A stretch of DNA of 64,000 nucleotides from Cellvibrionaceae bacterium (GCA_002707785.1 PANW01000024.1:45700-109699), one strand, 5' to 3'; positions 37,266-47,155 are shown, counted from the first letter of the stretch. Translations and numbers: made by a program. The notes: generated by a model from the sequence alone, not told the origin.

Positions 37266-39644
37266 ATGCCTAATCAATTTAAGAGAAAGCTACTATCGGT
37301 GGTAGTTGCTGCAAGTGCCACGGTGCCGGCGGTAAATCTACAAGCCTATGAACTGGAAGAAGTCACCGTAACCGCGACCAAACGAACCACGAATCTACAA
37401 GATACCCCCCTTGCAATATCTGCGTTCGATAACGAAACCCTAAAAGAAAACCACGTGAGTAATATTTACGACTTGCGTGGCATGGCACCTAGCTTACAGA
37501 TCAGAAGTAACGGAGATCACGGTGTTCCGCTGATCTTTATTCGTGGCCAAGGCACCATCGATCAAACCGAAGCGGGTGACCAAGGGGTAGCGTTCTACAC
37601 CGACGGCGTATTCTCGGCTCGCTCCCAAGGTTCTACTGCTTTGATGTATGACATGGAGCGTGTGGAAGTTCTGCGTGGTCCTCAGGGTACCTTGTTTGGT
37701 CGAAACTCTACAGCGGGTGCGGTCTCTCTGGTTACCGCCAAACCCACTCAAGAATTCGAAGGCAACGCTAGCTTGACGGTTGGTAGTCGCGACCGACAAG
37801 AAGTTCGCTTTATGTTGAACACGCCGATTACCGACAACTGGGCAATGCGCTTTGCCGGTGTCACCGACGAACAAGACGGTGAAACTGACTTTGCCAGTGG
37901 CAGCCCCTACGGTAGCTACGACAATTACGGCACCAAAGATATGTCGTCTTATCGTATCAGCTCGCTGTTTGAGCCCACCGAGAATCTAAGCTGGTTCTTG
38001 TCCTATGAGAACTTCAACAACAATGGCACCGGTGATGTCTCTACACCGGATGGCGATGATCGTGAGAACTTTGCCACCGCACCCGGTGCGATTGACCTAG
38101 AAGTCGATAGCTGGCGCACACGCTTGGATTACGAGTTCGATAACGGTCTAACCTTGAGCTATATTGGTGGCTACACGGATATGTCACAAACGCAACTCTA
38201 CGGCAACGAAGCGCAGGGCGATACGCGCAACACCGTAAGCTCCGGTCACGAAGCCACGCAGCACGAAATTCAACTGAAAAACTCTGACGATAATCGTTTC
38301 CGTTGGACCGCTGGCGCCTTCTACTTTGAAGAAGAAAATGACATTCGATTCGATATGTTACACGGCAGCTGGGGTTTCACCGCCGCCGATGCAGCGGTTA
38401 ACTTATCCTCATTTAACCAACCAGACCGGTCATTGGAATCCACCAGTGGTTATGTCCAAGGTACCTTTGATTTGACCGATACTTGGCGCATTACCGCGGG
38501 TATTCGTCACACCAGCGACGAGCGAGAAGACAAGGGCGGCCGCAGTATTGATTGTAACTACGCACACGGACCTGGGGCCATTACGATCGACTATCAATCC
38601 CGTGCCTTGGCTGATGCTTCTGGTGAAAGCAATATCTGTTACTACCGCCAAATCAACGATATGAAAGATGACTGGTCAGATGAAACCTATCTCGCCCGTC
38701 TTGAGTGGGATATGAGCGAAGACATTATGCTGTTCTTGTCCTACGCCACTGGCTGGAAGTCCGGCGTTCTACAAGACGGGCTAGATGCAAATCTTGATGC
38801 GTCTGCCGGCCCGATCAATACCAACGACAACCCCAATGTCGCCGCCAATAGTCTGCTCGTGCAGCAACCGGAAGAAAATGACAGCTGGGAGCTGGGTGTG
38901 AAATCCACCTTGCTCGATGGCCGTATGACGTTGAACGCCAACTTGTTCTATATGGATTACACCGACATGCAGGTAACCTCTGCAGTCATTCATCCTGTGA
39001 CTCAAGCATCCACGTTGATCAAGACCAACGCCGGTGAGGCAACGATCCAAGGTCTCGAATTTACTGTGAACTATGCAGTGACTGAGAACGGATTGCTGAC
39101 TCTGACGGGGTCTTTACTCGACGCTGAATACGATGACTATATTGGCCAAGAGTCTAACTTCAACAATGACAACGGCAAGCTCTGGAACAGTTGCGCCTAT
39201 GGTGATGCACCTGGCGGCGGCTGTGTGAACAACGCCTGGGACTTTTCTGGTAACACATTGCCCAATGCTCCCGATGTGATGTTAAGCCTATCCTATAAAC
39301 ACGATTTTACTTTGGCCAATGGTGCTACGGTAACACCGCGACTGCGTTTGTCGTATCAGGATGAAACCTATCTAACCTATGAAAATCGCGGCGACCGTCC
39401 GGCAGGCACTTTCGATGCTGGCGATCCAGGTGAAAATGATATGGATGTTCAAGAGGCTTATACAAAAGTTGATGCCAGTGTGACTTACGCCAGTGCCGAT
39501 GGGAATTGGAATGTCGAGCTGTATGTAAACAACGCCACTGATGAAGAGATCAAGCAAGAGCTCAACATTGGTGGCTATGAAACCTTTGCTAGCTGGGCTC
39601 CGTCACGTGAAAGTGGTCTGCGTCTCTCCTACAGCTTCGATTAA
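37266..39644 (+). CDS. TonB-dependent receptor without STN; paralog of 32267-35068
   Basis: Signal peptide, LEEVTVTATKR, LRGPQGTLFGRNS and C-terminal YSFD. GGAGG RBS. Confidence 0.93.
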   Translation: MPNQFKRKLLSVVVAASATVPAVNLQAYELEEVTVTATKRTTNLQDTPLAISAFDNETLKENHVSNIYDLRGMAPSLQIRSNGDHGVPLIFIRGQGTIDQTEAGDQGVAFYTDGVFSARSQGSTALMYDMERVEVLRGPQGTLFGRNSTAGAVSLVTAKPTQEFEGNASLTVGSRDRQEVRFMLNTPITDNWAMRFAGVTDEQDGETDFASGSPYGSYDNYGTKDMSSYRISSLFEPTENLSWFLSYENFNNNGTGDVSTPDGDDRENFATAPGAIDLEVDSWRTRLDYEFDNGLTLSYIGGYTDMSQTQLYGNEAQGDTRNTVSSGHEATQHEIQLKNSDDNRFRWTAGAFYFEEENDIRFDMLHGSWGFTAADAAVNLSSFNQPDRSLESTSGYVQGTFDLTDTWRITAGIRHTSDEREDKGGRSIDCNYAHGPGAITIDYQSRALADASGESNICYYRQINDMKDDWSDETYLARLEWDMSEDIMLFLSYATGWKSGVLQDGLDANLDASAGPINTNDNPNVAANSLLVQQPEENDSWELGVKSTLLDGRMTLNANLFYMDYTDMQVTSAVIHPVTQASTLIKTNAGEATIQGLEFTVNYAVTENGLLTLTGSLLDAEYDDYIGQESNFNNDNGKLWNSCAYGDAPGGGCVNNAWDFSGNTLPNAPDVMLSLSYKHDFTLANGATVTPRLRLSYQDETYLTYENRGDRPAGTFDAGDPGENDMDVQEAYTKVDASVTYASADGNWNVELYVNNATDEEIKQELNIGGYETFASWAPSRESGLRLSYSFD

Positions 39645-39677
39645 GTCTCTCCCTCTCGGGATCGAAAGCTGACTTAT

Positions 39678-39708
39678 GGGCTTCCTCTACAAGGGGGAGC
39701 CCTTTTTT
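39678..39708 (+). terminator. Intrinsic terminator after the second TonB receptor
   Basis: GGGCTTCCTC..GGGGGAGCCC followed by T6. Confidence 0.75.
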
Positions 39709-39770
39709 GCGTTTTGTTACAGCCATTTTTTTGAAATGAAACGATAACAATCAATGAAAGAGGTGGACCC

Positions 39771-41288
39771 ATGAATATCAAGCCCATCGAGAACATTATT
39801 ATTGTTGGTGGTGGTACCGCGGGTTGGGTTGCAGCATCGTCCCTTGCCCGAGTTCTGCCTAAACAGTCATATCGAATTACCTTGGTGGAATCGGATCAAA
39901 TCGGCATCATCGGCGTAGGCGAAGCGACCATACCGCCTATTCAAGATGTGCATAAAATGCTCGGTGTAGATGAAGCTGATTTCATACGCAGCACGGAAGC
40001 CAGCTTTAAATTGGGAATAGAGTTCCACAATTGGTCGGAGCAGGGCAGCCGCTATTTTCATCCATTTGGTCAGTATGGCCGTGAGTTTGATTCTGTGTCA
40101 TTTCATCAATACTGGATGCGAGCGCGGGAGTTAGGTTTTGAAAGTGAGTTATCGGATTTCTCTCTAGGCACACAGATGGCCAAGGCGGGAAAATTTGTCC
40201 CCAGCAACAATGACCCGCAATCCATCTTGTCTTCCATGGGCTATGCCTATCATTTCGATGCATCACTTTACGCAAAGTTCTTGCGACGTCTTGCGGAAGG
40301 CATGGGAGTGGTACGACGTGAAGGTAAAGTGATTGATGTGTCGCTCGATCATGACAGTGGTTTCATTGACACAATACTGATGGAAGATGGCGAAGCAATC
40401 AGTGGAGACCTGTTTATCGATTGTACCGGTTTCGCTTCCATATTATTGGGTAAAACACTGGGGGTTGAGTTTGAAGATTGGTCCCATCTGCTAAAGGCAA
40501 ACCGCGCGGTGGCCGTACCTTCGCAAAATGTCGGTGAGACACGGCCCTATACTCAGTCGATTGCCCACCCAGCCGGTTGGCAGTGGCGGATTCCACTTCA
40601 GCATCGAACCGGCAACGGGTTGGTCTTTTGCGATGACTATCTGTCCGAAGATGAAGCCTGCCAACTACTGCTTTCCAATCTTGAAGGTGAAGCCTTGGCC
40701 GATCCACGTGTTTTGCGTTTTCGCACGGGGCGTCGGCAGCAGGCGTGGCATAAGAACTGTATCGCCGTGGGATTGTCTGCAGGCTTTCTTGAGCCGTTGG
40801 AGTCCACAGCCATTCACTTGGTACAGACCATGGTGGCGAGGCTACTTCAGCTCTTTCCCTCTAGCGGATTTCAACAAGCGGACATTGATGAGTTTAATCA
40901 ACAGTTTTGTCGTGAGTACGACATGGTACGTGACTTTATTGTCCTGCATTACCACGTCAATCAGCGCAGCGAGCCCCTATGGCGAGACGCCCGTGAAATG
41001 GCGATTCCGGAATCTTTGAGTCATAAGATTCGATTGTTCGAGAGCCATGGTCGATTTTTCGAGCGCCAAGACGACTTGTTTAAGAAGGCAAGCTGGCTGG
41101 CGGTGATGATGGGGCAAGGCCTCAAACCAAGCGACTATGACCCCATCGCCAATCGCAAGCCTGCCGCTGGATTGTGTCAGTGGCTGAAAAACATACAGTC
41201 TGCCTACGGTGATGCCATCGGGGCTATGCCCGATCACGATAGGTTCATCGCCGAATATTGCCGTGCAAAAAAGGATCGTGTTGCATAA
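39771..41288 (+). CDS. Flavin-dependent tryptophan halogenase family protein
   Basis: GGGTAG, GVGEATIP, FKLGI (catalytic Lys), WQWRIP and FLEPLEST. Confidence 0.92.
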   Translation: MNIKPIENIIIVGGGTAGWVAASSLARVLPKQSYRITLVESDQIGIIGVGEATIPPIQDVHKMLGVDEADFIRSTEASFKLGIEFHNWSEQGSRYFHPFGQYGREFDSVSFHQYWMRARELGFESELSDFSLGTQMAKAGKFVPSNNDPQSILSSMGYAYHFDASLYAKFLRRLAEGMGVVRREGKVIDVSLDHDSGFIDTILMEDGEAISGDLFIDCTGFASILLGKTLGVEFEDWSHLLKANRAVAVPSQNVGETRPYTQSIAHPAGWQWRIPLQHRTGNGLVFCDDYLSEDEACQLLLSNLEGEALADPRVLRFRTGRRQQAWHKNCIAVGLSAGFLEPLESTAIHLVQTMVARLLQLFPSSGFQQADIDEFNQQFCREYDMVRDFIVLHYHVNQRSEPLWRDAREMAIPESLSHKIRLFESHGRFFERQDDLFKKASWLAVMMGQGLKPSDYDPIANRKPAAGLCQWLKNIQSAYGDAIGAMPDHDRFIAEYCRAKKDRVA

Positions 41289-41488
41289 GTTAGGCGGCTT
41301 CAAGTGACACAATTTGGTGCTTATTTGATAAGTTTCTAAACTGACAATAGGCTCTGATCAGCTGTGACTGAGCGAATTGTGATTGAGAATGGGGCTCACT
41401 CAGTTGTTTTTGTTCATTTGTGGTGCGTCTGGGCTGGTTTGCGCATCCAGAAAAGGCCAATCTTCTAGCGCTTGCGCCGGTGTACAGA

Positions 41489-41504
41489 TGGCACACTTCT
41501 GGCA
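41489..41504 (+). promoter_or_regulatory. Sigma54 promoter candidate for nasT
   Basis: TGGCACACTTCTGGCA fits GG-N10-GC. Upstream TGGTGC NtrC-like half sites near 41313 and 41421. Confidence 0.65.
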
Positions 41505-41551
41505 TATATCTGTTTTCTTAGGGCGTAGTTTTGCTGAAGTGAGGACACAGA

Positions 41552-42178
41552 TTGGCTGTTTCATGGTTTAAACGCAATCAAACCATTGTTGATGCGAAGC
41601 TTGTGCTGTTGTTGGATTCTGATCCCGAACGAGGATCAGCGCTAAAACGGGGCTTGCTAGACTCTGGCTATCGCCTGGCTGAACGGTTAACGACTGCTGT
41701 TTCTCTGCTCAAGCAGGTTGAAATACACCAACCGGATATTATGGTGATCGGCATCGATGAGCCCGATGACGTTATTCTCCAGCAGTTGTTACTGATTCAC
41801 GACTATTGCCCAGTTCCTGTCATCATGTTTGCCGAAAAAGAGGCACCGAAATTGATCGAAAAAATCGTTCGCGCGGGTGTGAATGGTTTTGTGGTTAACG
41901 ATATTCAGGCGCATCGTATTCGGCCCATTATAGATATTGCCACCGCTCGCTTTATAGAAAGCCAAAAGCTTCGCACAGAACTAATTGATACCAAGAGCAA
42001 ATTGGAAAATCGAAAACGCATCGAGAAAGCCAAGGGACTACTCATGCAAGGCAAAGGCTTGAGTGAAGATGAGGCCTATCAGTCCATGCGGAAAATGGCA
42101 ATGGACCGAGGTAAATCCTTAGCGGATGTGGCCGACACCATCATTGATGTGTTTGATTTGATGGGTGAGAAAAACTAA
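41552..42178 (+). CDS. nasT: REC-ANTAR antiterminator (NasT-like)
   Basis: Receiver-like N-terminus, then LENRKRIEKAKGLLM..SEDEAYQSMRKMAM (ANTAR). Nitrate context. Start is uncertain. Confidence 0.85.
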   Translation: MAVSWFKRNQTIVDAKLVLLLDSDPERGSALKRGLLDSGYRLAERLTTAVSLLKQVEIHQPDIMVIGIDEPDDVILQQLLLIHDYCPVPVIMFAEKEAPKLIEKIVRAGVNGFVVNDIQAHRIRPIIDIATARFIESQKLRTELIDTKSKLENRKRIEKAKGLLMQGKGLSEDEAYQSMRKMAMDRGKSLADVADTIIDVFDLMGEKN

Positions 42179-42335
42179 CAGACGTAACATGTTTGGGGGG
42201 GGGCGCCGGAGAGTCTACATCGATTGTCTTCGGCTTGCTGTTCGATCGCTACTCCCACTGATCTGAAGGCTGCGATCGAACAGATTTCGTTTTATTTACT
42301 TCTGGTCGTTTTCAGTTCCTCCCCCGCCCTTAGTT

Positions 42336-43154
42336 CTAGTCCGTCAGTAGTTTTGCGTAGAGGCCAGTGGCAATGTTCATCCCTCTTAACATTGCGTCGG
42401 TAGTACCCGTGACGACATGAATAAGGCGCGCTCCAGAGAGGGACATAGCACCATCAAAGCCCTTGGAAGCGTAAGCAAATTGCCCTTTAACTTTTACCAG
42501 TTGGGTATCGATTTCTTCGGTATTAATGTCGCTTTCCAAAAGATAAGACAGAACATTTTCATATTCAGCGAGATCTTCATAGAGCAGCGCTTTGCTGTCT
42601 GCGCCCTCCAAACCCCAGTGAGAGGCAAGAAAGTTCTTCGCGATACGTTGCGACAACATTCGCTGGCGTCCAGAAATATTGATAATCTCAGCTTTGCTGG
42701 TGCCTGAAACCCGCTCCAGCTCAACAACAAAGTGATGTGCCTTTTTGAGTATCTCGTTACTTTGGCTTAGCAGTAACTCGGCGTTTGATTTATTCACCTC
42801 GGCGGTTGCCAGTGTGCGATAAGGGCTCCATAGACGCTCAACATCGTTAATCTCCGACAATAGAGGTCTAGCCTTTGGGTATTTCTTCAGGTTTTTCAGG
42901 TTTCTTTCAAACTCTGATACCGCCCGCTGCAGTTGGGTGTGGCCGCGTTTGGAATCTGGCTTCAACCCTTTAAGGAAGTAGGATTGGGCGATGCGCTGCG
43001 ATAACATGCGTTGACGGCCGGCGATATTAATCGCATCTCCCATCGAGCGTATTTCGGCTAAGCTGTCGGAGCTAGTGCCAAGAATCAAGAGAGGGAGTAA
43101 CGCGACTTTGAACAGCGTAAAGCTGGAGATTTGACGCTTGATTTTTGAGCTCAT
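42336..43154 (-). CDS. Secreted protein with two tandem NarX/PilJ-type nitrate-sensing domains
   Basis: Signal peptide; P-box-like motif twice (AINIAGRQRMLSQRIAQ and IINISGRQRMLSQRIAK); no output domain. AAGGAG RBS. Confidence 0.82.
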   Translation of the reverse strand: MSSKIKRQISSFTLFKVALLPLLILGTSSDSLAEIRSMGDAINIAGRQRMLSQRIAQSYFLKGLKPDSKRGHTQLQRAVSEFERNLKNLKKYPKARPLLSEINDVERLWSPYRTLATAEVNKSNAELLLSQSNEILKKAHHFVVELERVSGTSKAEIINISGRQRMLSQRIAKNFLASHWGLEGADSKALLYEDLAEYENVLSYLLESDINTEEIDTQLVKVKGQFAYASKGFDGAMSLSGARLIHVVTGTTDAMLRGMNIATGLYAKLLTD

Positions 43155-43234
43155 AGTGGCTCCTTTAAGAATTCCCATAACATGTTTTCCGTTTAACACT
43201 TCGATGCAGGTGGATACCTTTCCACCATTAGCCT

Positions 43235-43251
43235 AGCAATTTTGTTGCCAA
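43235..43251 (-). promoter_or_regulatory. Sigma54 promoter candidate for the tandem PilJ gene
   Basis: Minus strand TTGGCAACAAAATTGCT fits GG-N10-GC. Confidence 0.7.
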
Positions 43252-43453
43252 TGTTAGACGGCTCTGCAATATTCATCGCTATTTTCTATTGTTGGCGCAG
43301 CGGGTTGATTTGGTGCGTTTGGGTGTCATCTTTGGTGCACGTTTTTAAGCGGCTATAGAGTTGTGTTCTAGATTCTCGTAATTCAATAACTCAAGATAAT
43401 TAGCATTCATAAAATCACGTTGTTTGCCGACAATTATGTGTGATTCTCTTTTA

Positions 43454-43469
43454 TGGAATAGAAGTTGCT
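43454..43469 (+). promoter_or_regulatory. Sigma54 promoter candidate for the MCP-NIT operon
   Basis: TGGAATAGAAGTTGCT fits GG-N10-GC. TGGTGC half sites at about 43311 and 43333. Confidence 0.6.
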
Positions 43470-43503
43470 CTATTCCATACTCACCGTAAAGATATGGTTT
43501 TGT

Positions 43504-44652
43504 ATGATTTTCTACGCGCTCAGAAAAATGCTATCAGTGATTGGGTTGAGTGGGTTGGCTCTATTGCTTGCACTACTTTGGTCAATTTTTTTGTTGGTGC
43601 TGATTTACCCTGTACACACGGCCGCTCCTATTTCGATGGCGGTACTCTGTGCCTATCTATCGATTGGTGGGCTGCTACTTGTGCGAAATGATGAATTTCA
43701 GCTGGAGCAAATCATCGAGGATATCGATCAGTTGAGAGATGAGGAGCTGTCACAACGTTTAGAGCAGCTAAATACGGAAGGGCGCGCGGCGCTATTGCAT
43801 TTGGCGACCAAAGAGCGACGTCAGTTGGAGGACTTCACTGGTACGGTGTCTGAAATCGGCTACTCCGCTAGTGAGTTGAGTACAACCTCCTGTGCGTTGG
43901 CGAGCAATACGCTACAGCAATCACAAGCCACCGGCTCTATCGCCGCGGCCGTCACCGAAATTAGTCACAGTATCGAAGAAGTAACCTCGCGGATGCATGA
44001 GACTCATGTGTCTGCCGACCTAAGTTGTGTGGAGGGCGAGAAAGGGCGAGAGACTATTGAGCAGGTGCGCGACTATATGAATGAAGTAGCGAGCTGCGTC
44101 GATCGAACTCATGATCAATTAACGTCTTTGGATGAGCAAACAGAAAAAGTCTCTGTTGCCTCTATGGTCATTAGCAGCATTGCAGAGCAAACAAACCTGT
44201 TAGCACTCAATGCGGCCATTGAAGCTGCTCGCGCTGGAGAGCATGGTCGAGGTTTTTCGGTGGTGGCCGAAGAAGTAAGGGCGCTGGCCAATCGCAGCCA
44301 GGAGTCCGCCCGTGAAATCTCTACCACTCTTGAGGCAATGCAAAACCAGATGCAGGCAGTGAAAGAGGGGATGGATCAGGTGATGTCGAGAACACAGCTC
44401 ACTTTAGAAGGGGCTGATGGCGCTCAGAAGGCTCTGGCAACTATTGCGGAGTGTACCCAAAATGTATCCGACATGGTGCTCGCTATTACTGCGGCAACCA
44501 GCCAGCAAAATGAAGCGGCACGCGATATTTCTGAACGTGTCGAGGAGGTCGCAGTTGCCGCGGGAGAAAACAGTCGCGTAGCAGAGCAGTCGTCGTCAAT
44601 AGCGAAACATCTATACGAGTTGTGCCAAACCGAGGAGGCCAGCCATGCCTGA
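43504..44652 (+). CDS. Methyl-accepting chemotaxis protein lacking a periplasmic ligand-binding domain
   Basis: Two closely spaced TMs; [34 protein letters not shown]. Confidence 0.9.
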   Translation: MIFYALRKMLSVIGLSGLALLLALLWSIFLLVLIYPVHTAAPISMAVLCAYLSIGGLLLVRNDEFQLEQIIEDIDQLRDEELSQRLEQLNTEGRAALLHLATKERRQLEDFTGTVSEIGYSASELSTTSCALASNTLQQSQATGSIAAAVTEISHSIEEVTSRMHETHVSADLSCVEGEKGRETIEQVRDYMNEVASCVDRTHDQLTSLDEQTEKVSVASMVISSIAEQTNLLALNAAIEAARAGEHGRGFSVVAEEVRALANRSQESAREISTTLEAMQNQMQAVKEGMDQVMSRTQLTLEGADGAQKALATIAECTQNVSDMVLAITAATSQQNEAARDISERVEEVAVAAGENSRVAEQSSSIAKHLYELCQTEEASHA

Positions 44653-45466
44653 AGTAATCGTCTCATGGGGAGCTCTGATCCTAGTTGGGGTAGGGCTAGC
44701 TATTCTTATTGTCGCCATATCGGTGAGAGCGAAGCGTCAACGCAAGCACCGTCAGGAGAAGGGACTACAGTGGTTGACGTGCTTGCGCTCATTGCTAAGT
44801 CATATTCAGAAGCACCGAGGTAAGACCACTGGTTATCTCAATGGTGGTTCCCACCTTATGGGAGAGATAGAAGGCTTGCAGCGCAGTGTTAGTCGAGATT
44901 TTTCCAGTGTTGTCTCAATTGATGATGGAATAGATGCAAACAGCCGGTGGTGTGGTATTACCCAGCATTGGGCTCGATTAGCAGGCAACTTTACCGGCCA
45001 CAGCCCAGAACACAATTTGTCTCAACACAATATGTTAATCAAAAATGTATTGTATTTGATTGATGATTTGGCGCAGGAGTGTGATCTTCTGCTGCTCAAA
45101 AACAAAAAAGATAAGCCGTTACATTTGTATTGGCGAGAACTGCTTTCCGCAGCGGAGTACATCGGCCAAGCACGAGCCATTGGTGTTGGGGTATCTACCG
45201 CCGCTCATTGCGACAGTGTCTCTCGGATTCGTCTCAACTATTTATGCCAGCAAATTGAAGGCAATACCGAAAAGCTGTGGCGCGAAATTGGTAAAGACCC
45301 AACTCAGGCGACCCAGGTTAAAGAGCTGTTGGGATGTATTAAGGACAAGTTGGTTTTAGATACTCCTAGTATCCCACCAGGGGAGTTTTTCAATATTGCG
45401 ACTGAAGCCCTTGATAGTTTATTGGATCAATTTGATCGACTGGTGAAAGAACAGCAGTGGGTATAA
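44645..45466 (+). CDS. Membrane-anchored NIT (nitrate/nitrite-sensing) domain protein
   Basis: N-terminal TM and basic stretch; NIT-like motifs HIQKHRG and [11 protein letters not shown]. Overlaps the MCP stop by 8 bp. Confidence 0.72.
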   Translation: MPEVIVSWGALILVGVGLAILIVAISVRAKRQRKHRQEKGLQWLTCLRSLLSHIQKHRGKTTGYLNGGSHLMGEIEGLQRSVSRDFSSVVSIDDGIDANSRWCGITQHWARLAGNFTGHSPEHNLSQHNMLIKNVLYLIDDLAQECDLLLLKNKKDKPLHLYWRELLSAAEYIGQARAIGVGVSTAAHCDSVSRIRLNYLCQQIEGNTEKLWREIGKDPTQATQVKELLGCIKDKLVLDTPSIPPGEFFNIATEALDSLLDQFDRLVKEQQWV

Positions 45467-45509
45467 CTACTGCGTATGAATCACAATTTAACATGAATGA
45501 AGTATCACT

Positions 45510-46802
45510 ATGTTTAAAGTAACCACGCATTCAGGAGTTCAAACTGCAGGAGCAATTATTACGACACTGGGCTCGACTCCTGTTGAGGCCTTTGATCATC
45601 AGAATTTTTCACCCTTCTACCAGCCTATTGTAGAGCTAACAACAGGGAGAATTGCTGGCTACGAGGCACTAGCTCGCCGGCGTGAAACCGATGGCACGTT
45701 TGTCTCTGCGGGTGCGGTCTTTTCTGATGCAAGGTTGCCCAGAGAGCACAAGTTGCATTTGGACCGCTACCTGCGTGATAGCGCCCTGCGAAGAGCAGCC
45801 AGTCCGGGAGAGCAAGATCCTGGTGGCGATGGCTTTATTACGCTCAATATTTCTCCGGATTGGGTGGATATGCTTAATGAAGATCACCACATTCCTACGC
45901 TGAATATGGTCAAGAAATCAGGGATAGATCCTAGTCGCGTTATCGTAGAAATAACAGAGCACTGTGGCAATATAGAGAATCTAAAAAAATTAACATCGAT
46001 CTATCATGGCGCGGGTTTAAAGGTGGCTATTGATGACTTTGGTGCTGGGGCCTCCCAAATAGACCGCGTCATTGAATTGAAGCCTGATTTCATCAAGCTG
46101 GATATGGGCTTGTTTAAATCTGCCGCTCGTGGAGGGCATGCTGCAGATATTGTGTTGTCGATTGTCGCTATGGCGCAACGAGCGGGTTGCAAGATTATTT
46201 GCGAGGGGGTAGAAACTGAGGAAGAGCTCTATTTCGCCATAGAATGCGGTGCCGACTTTATCCAGGGTTGGTTGTTCGATCCGGCGCTCCCTGCTCCGAT
46301 TAAATCTGACACTTATATGGATCGGCTCAATCGGCTGAAGGCCATATATTTGACCGCCAAGAGTGGTCGATTGATGTTGGCAGCAGAACACAACAAGGCG
46401 GTGGCCAATACCTTGATGACGGTCTGTCAGTCGCTAAGTGTGGATGATCCTCTGGCGAGTATTGTGGATAGACTGCCTATTGAGATGGCTGCTGAGTTGG
46501 GCGTACTGCAGTTGTTTCTCTGTGATGAGCAGGGCAATCAGATTTCAGACAATGTTTGTTATCAAGAACATGGTTTAGGCTTTGACTCTGGTTCATTGGG
46601 TAAAAATTGGTCTCATCGTCCCTATTTCCCGCTGCTGCACGCCATGAACCATCTTCAAAGTGACCACATCGTGGTGTCCACACCCTATCGCGACATCAAT
46701 ACGGGCAAATTGTGTAAGACTCACGGTCTGTTCATTAGCAGTAATTGTGTGCTACTGATTGATGTTCTAGCAGACGACGTTATTCTGTTTTCAGCTGAGT
46801 GA
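45510..46802 (+). CDS. YkuI-like EAL domain protein with a C-terminal EAL-associated domain
   Basis: YEALAR, IDDFGAG, IKLD, EGVET and QGW; C-terminal NWSHRPYF..PYRDI. Confidence 0.85.
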   Translation: MFKVTTHSGVQTAGAIITTLGSTPVEAFDHQNFSPFYQPIVELTTGRIAGYEALARRRETDGTFVSAGAVFSDARLPREHKLHLDRYLRDSALRRAASPGEQDPGGDGFITLNISPDWVDMLNEDHHIPTLNMVKKSGIDPSRVIVEITEHCGNIENLKKLTSIYHGAGLKVAIDDFGAGASQIDRVIELKPDFIKLDMGLFKSAARGGHAADIVLSIVAMAQRAGCKIICEGVETEEELYFAIECGADFIQGWLFDPALPAPIKSDTYMDRLNRLKAIYLTAKSGRLMLAAEHNKAVANTLMTVCQSLSVDDPLASIVDRLPIEMAAELGVLQLFLCDEQGNQISDNVCYQEHGLGFDSGSLGKNWSHRPYFPLLHAMNHLQSDHIVVSTPYRDINTGKLCKTHGLFISSNCVLLIDVLADDVILFSAE

Positions 46803-47155
46803 TTCTGTCCTAGGTCAACCTCGGTTAGTTCAAAACACGCCATCTGCTCGATGGCGTAAGTTCACTTCAATCAATCCTATTTGTCTAATGACTTGGCTCT
46901 CTGGCAGGTTACTGTCCATTCTTCTGTGACAATCATTGATCAGACCTAAGTAATCGTTATTGGTCGTTTTTTGCGGGCTTGTTCTTTTGTGGTGCACTTG
47001 CATCAAGCTCAGGCACAGTTGATGGGATTTTTTTTGGCGAACTGCACCTCAAATGTGGTTGGCTTTGGTTCAGATGCTTGAAAAAGCGCCGGAAAATGGT
47101 GCGTTGCTCCTCTTTTTGAGCCTCACAGCAAAGATTTTCAGCAGTTCTCCTATGT

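Noticed and set aside
42181-42335. G9 tract and 12-bp inverted repeat after nasT, considered as a nasS remnant or phase-variable site
   Set aside because: No frame resembles NasS and the tract is non-coding; the repeat (42238-42283) is most simply a hairpin between convergent genes.
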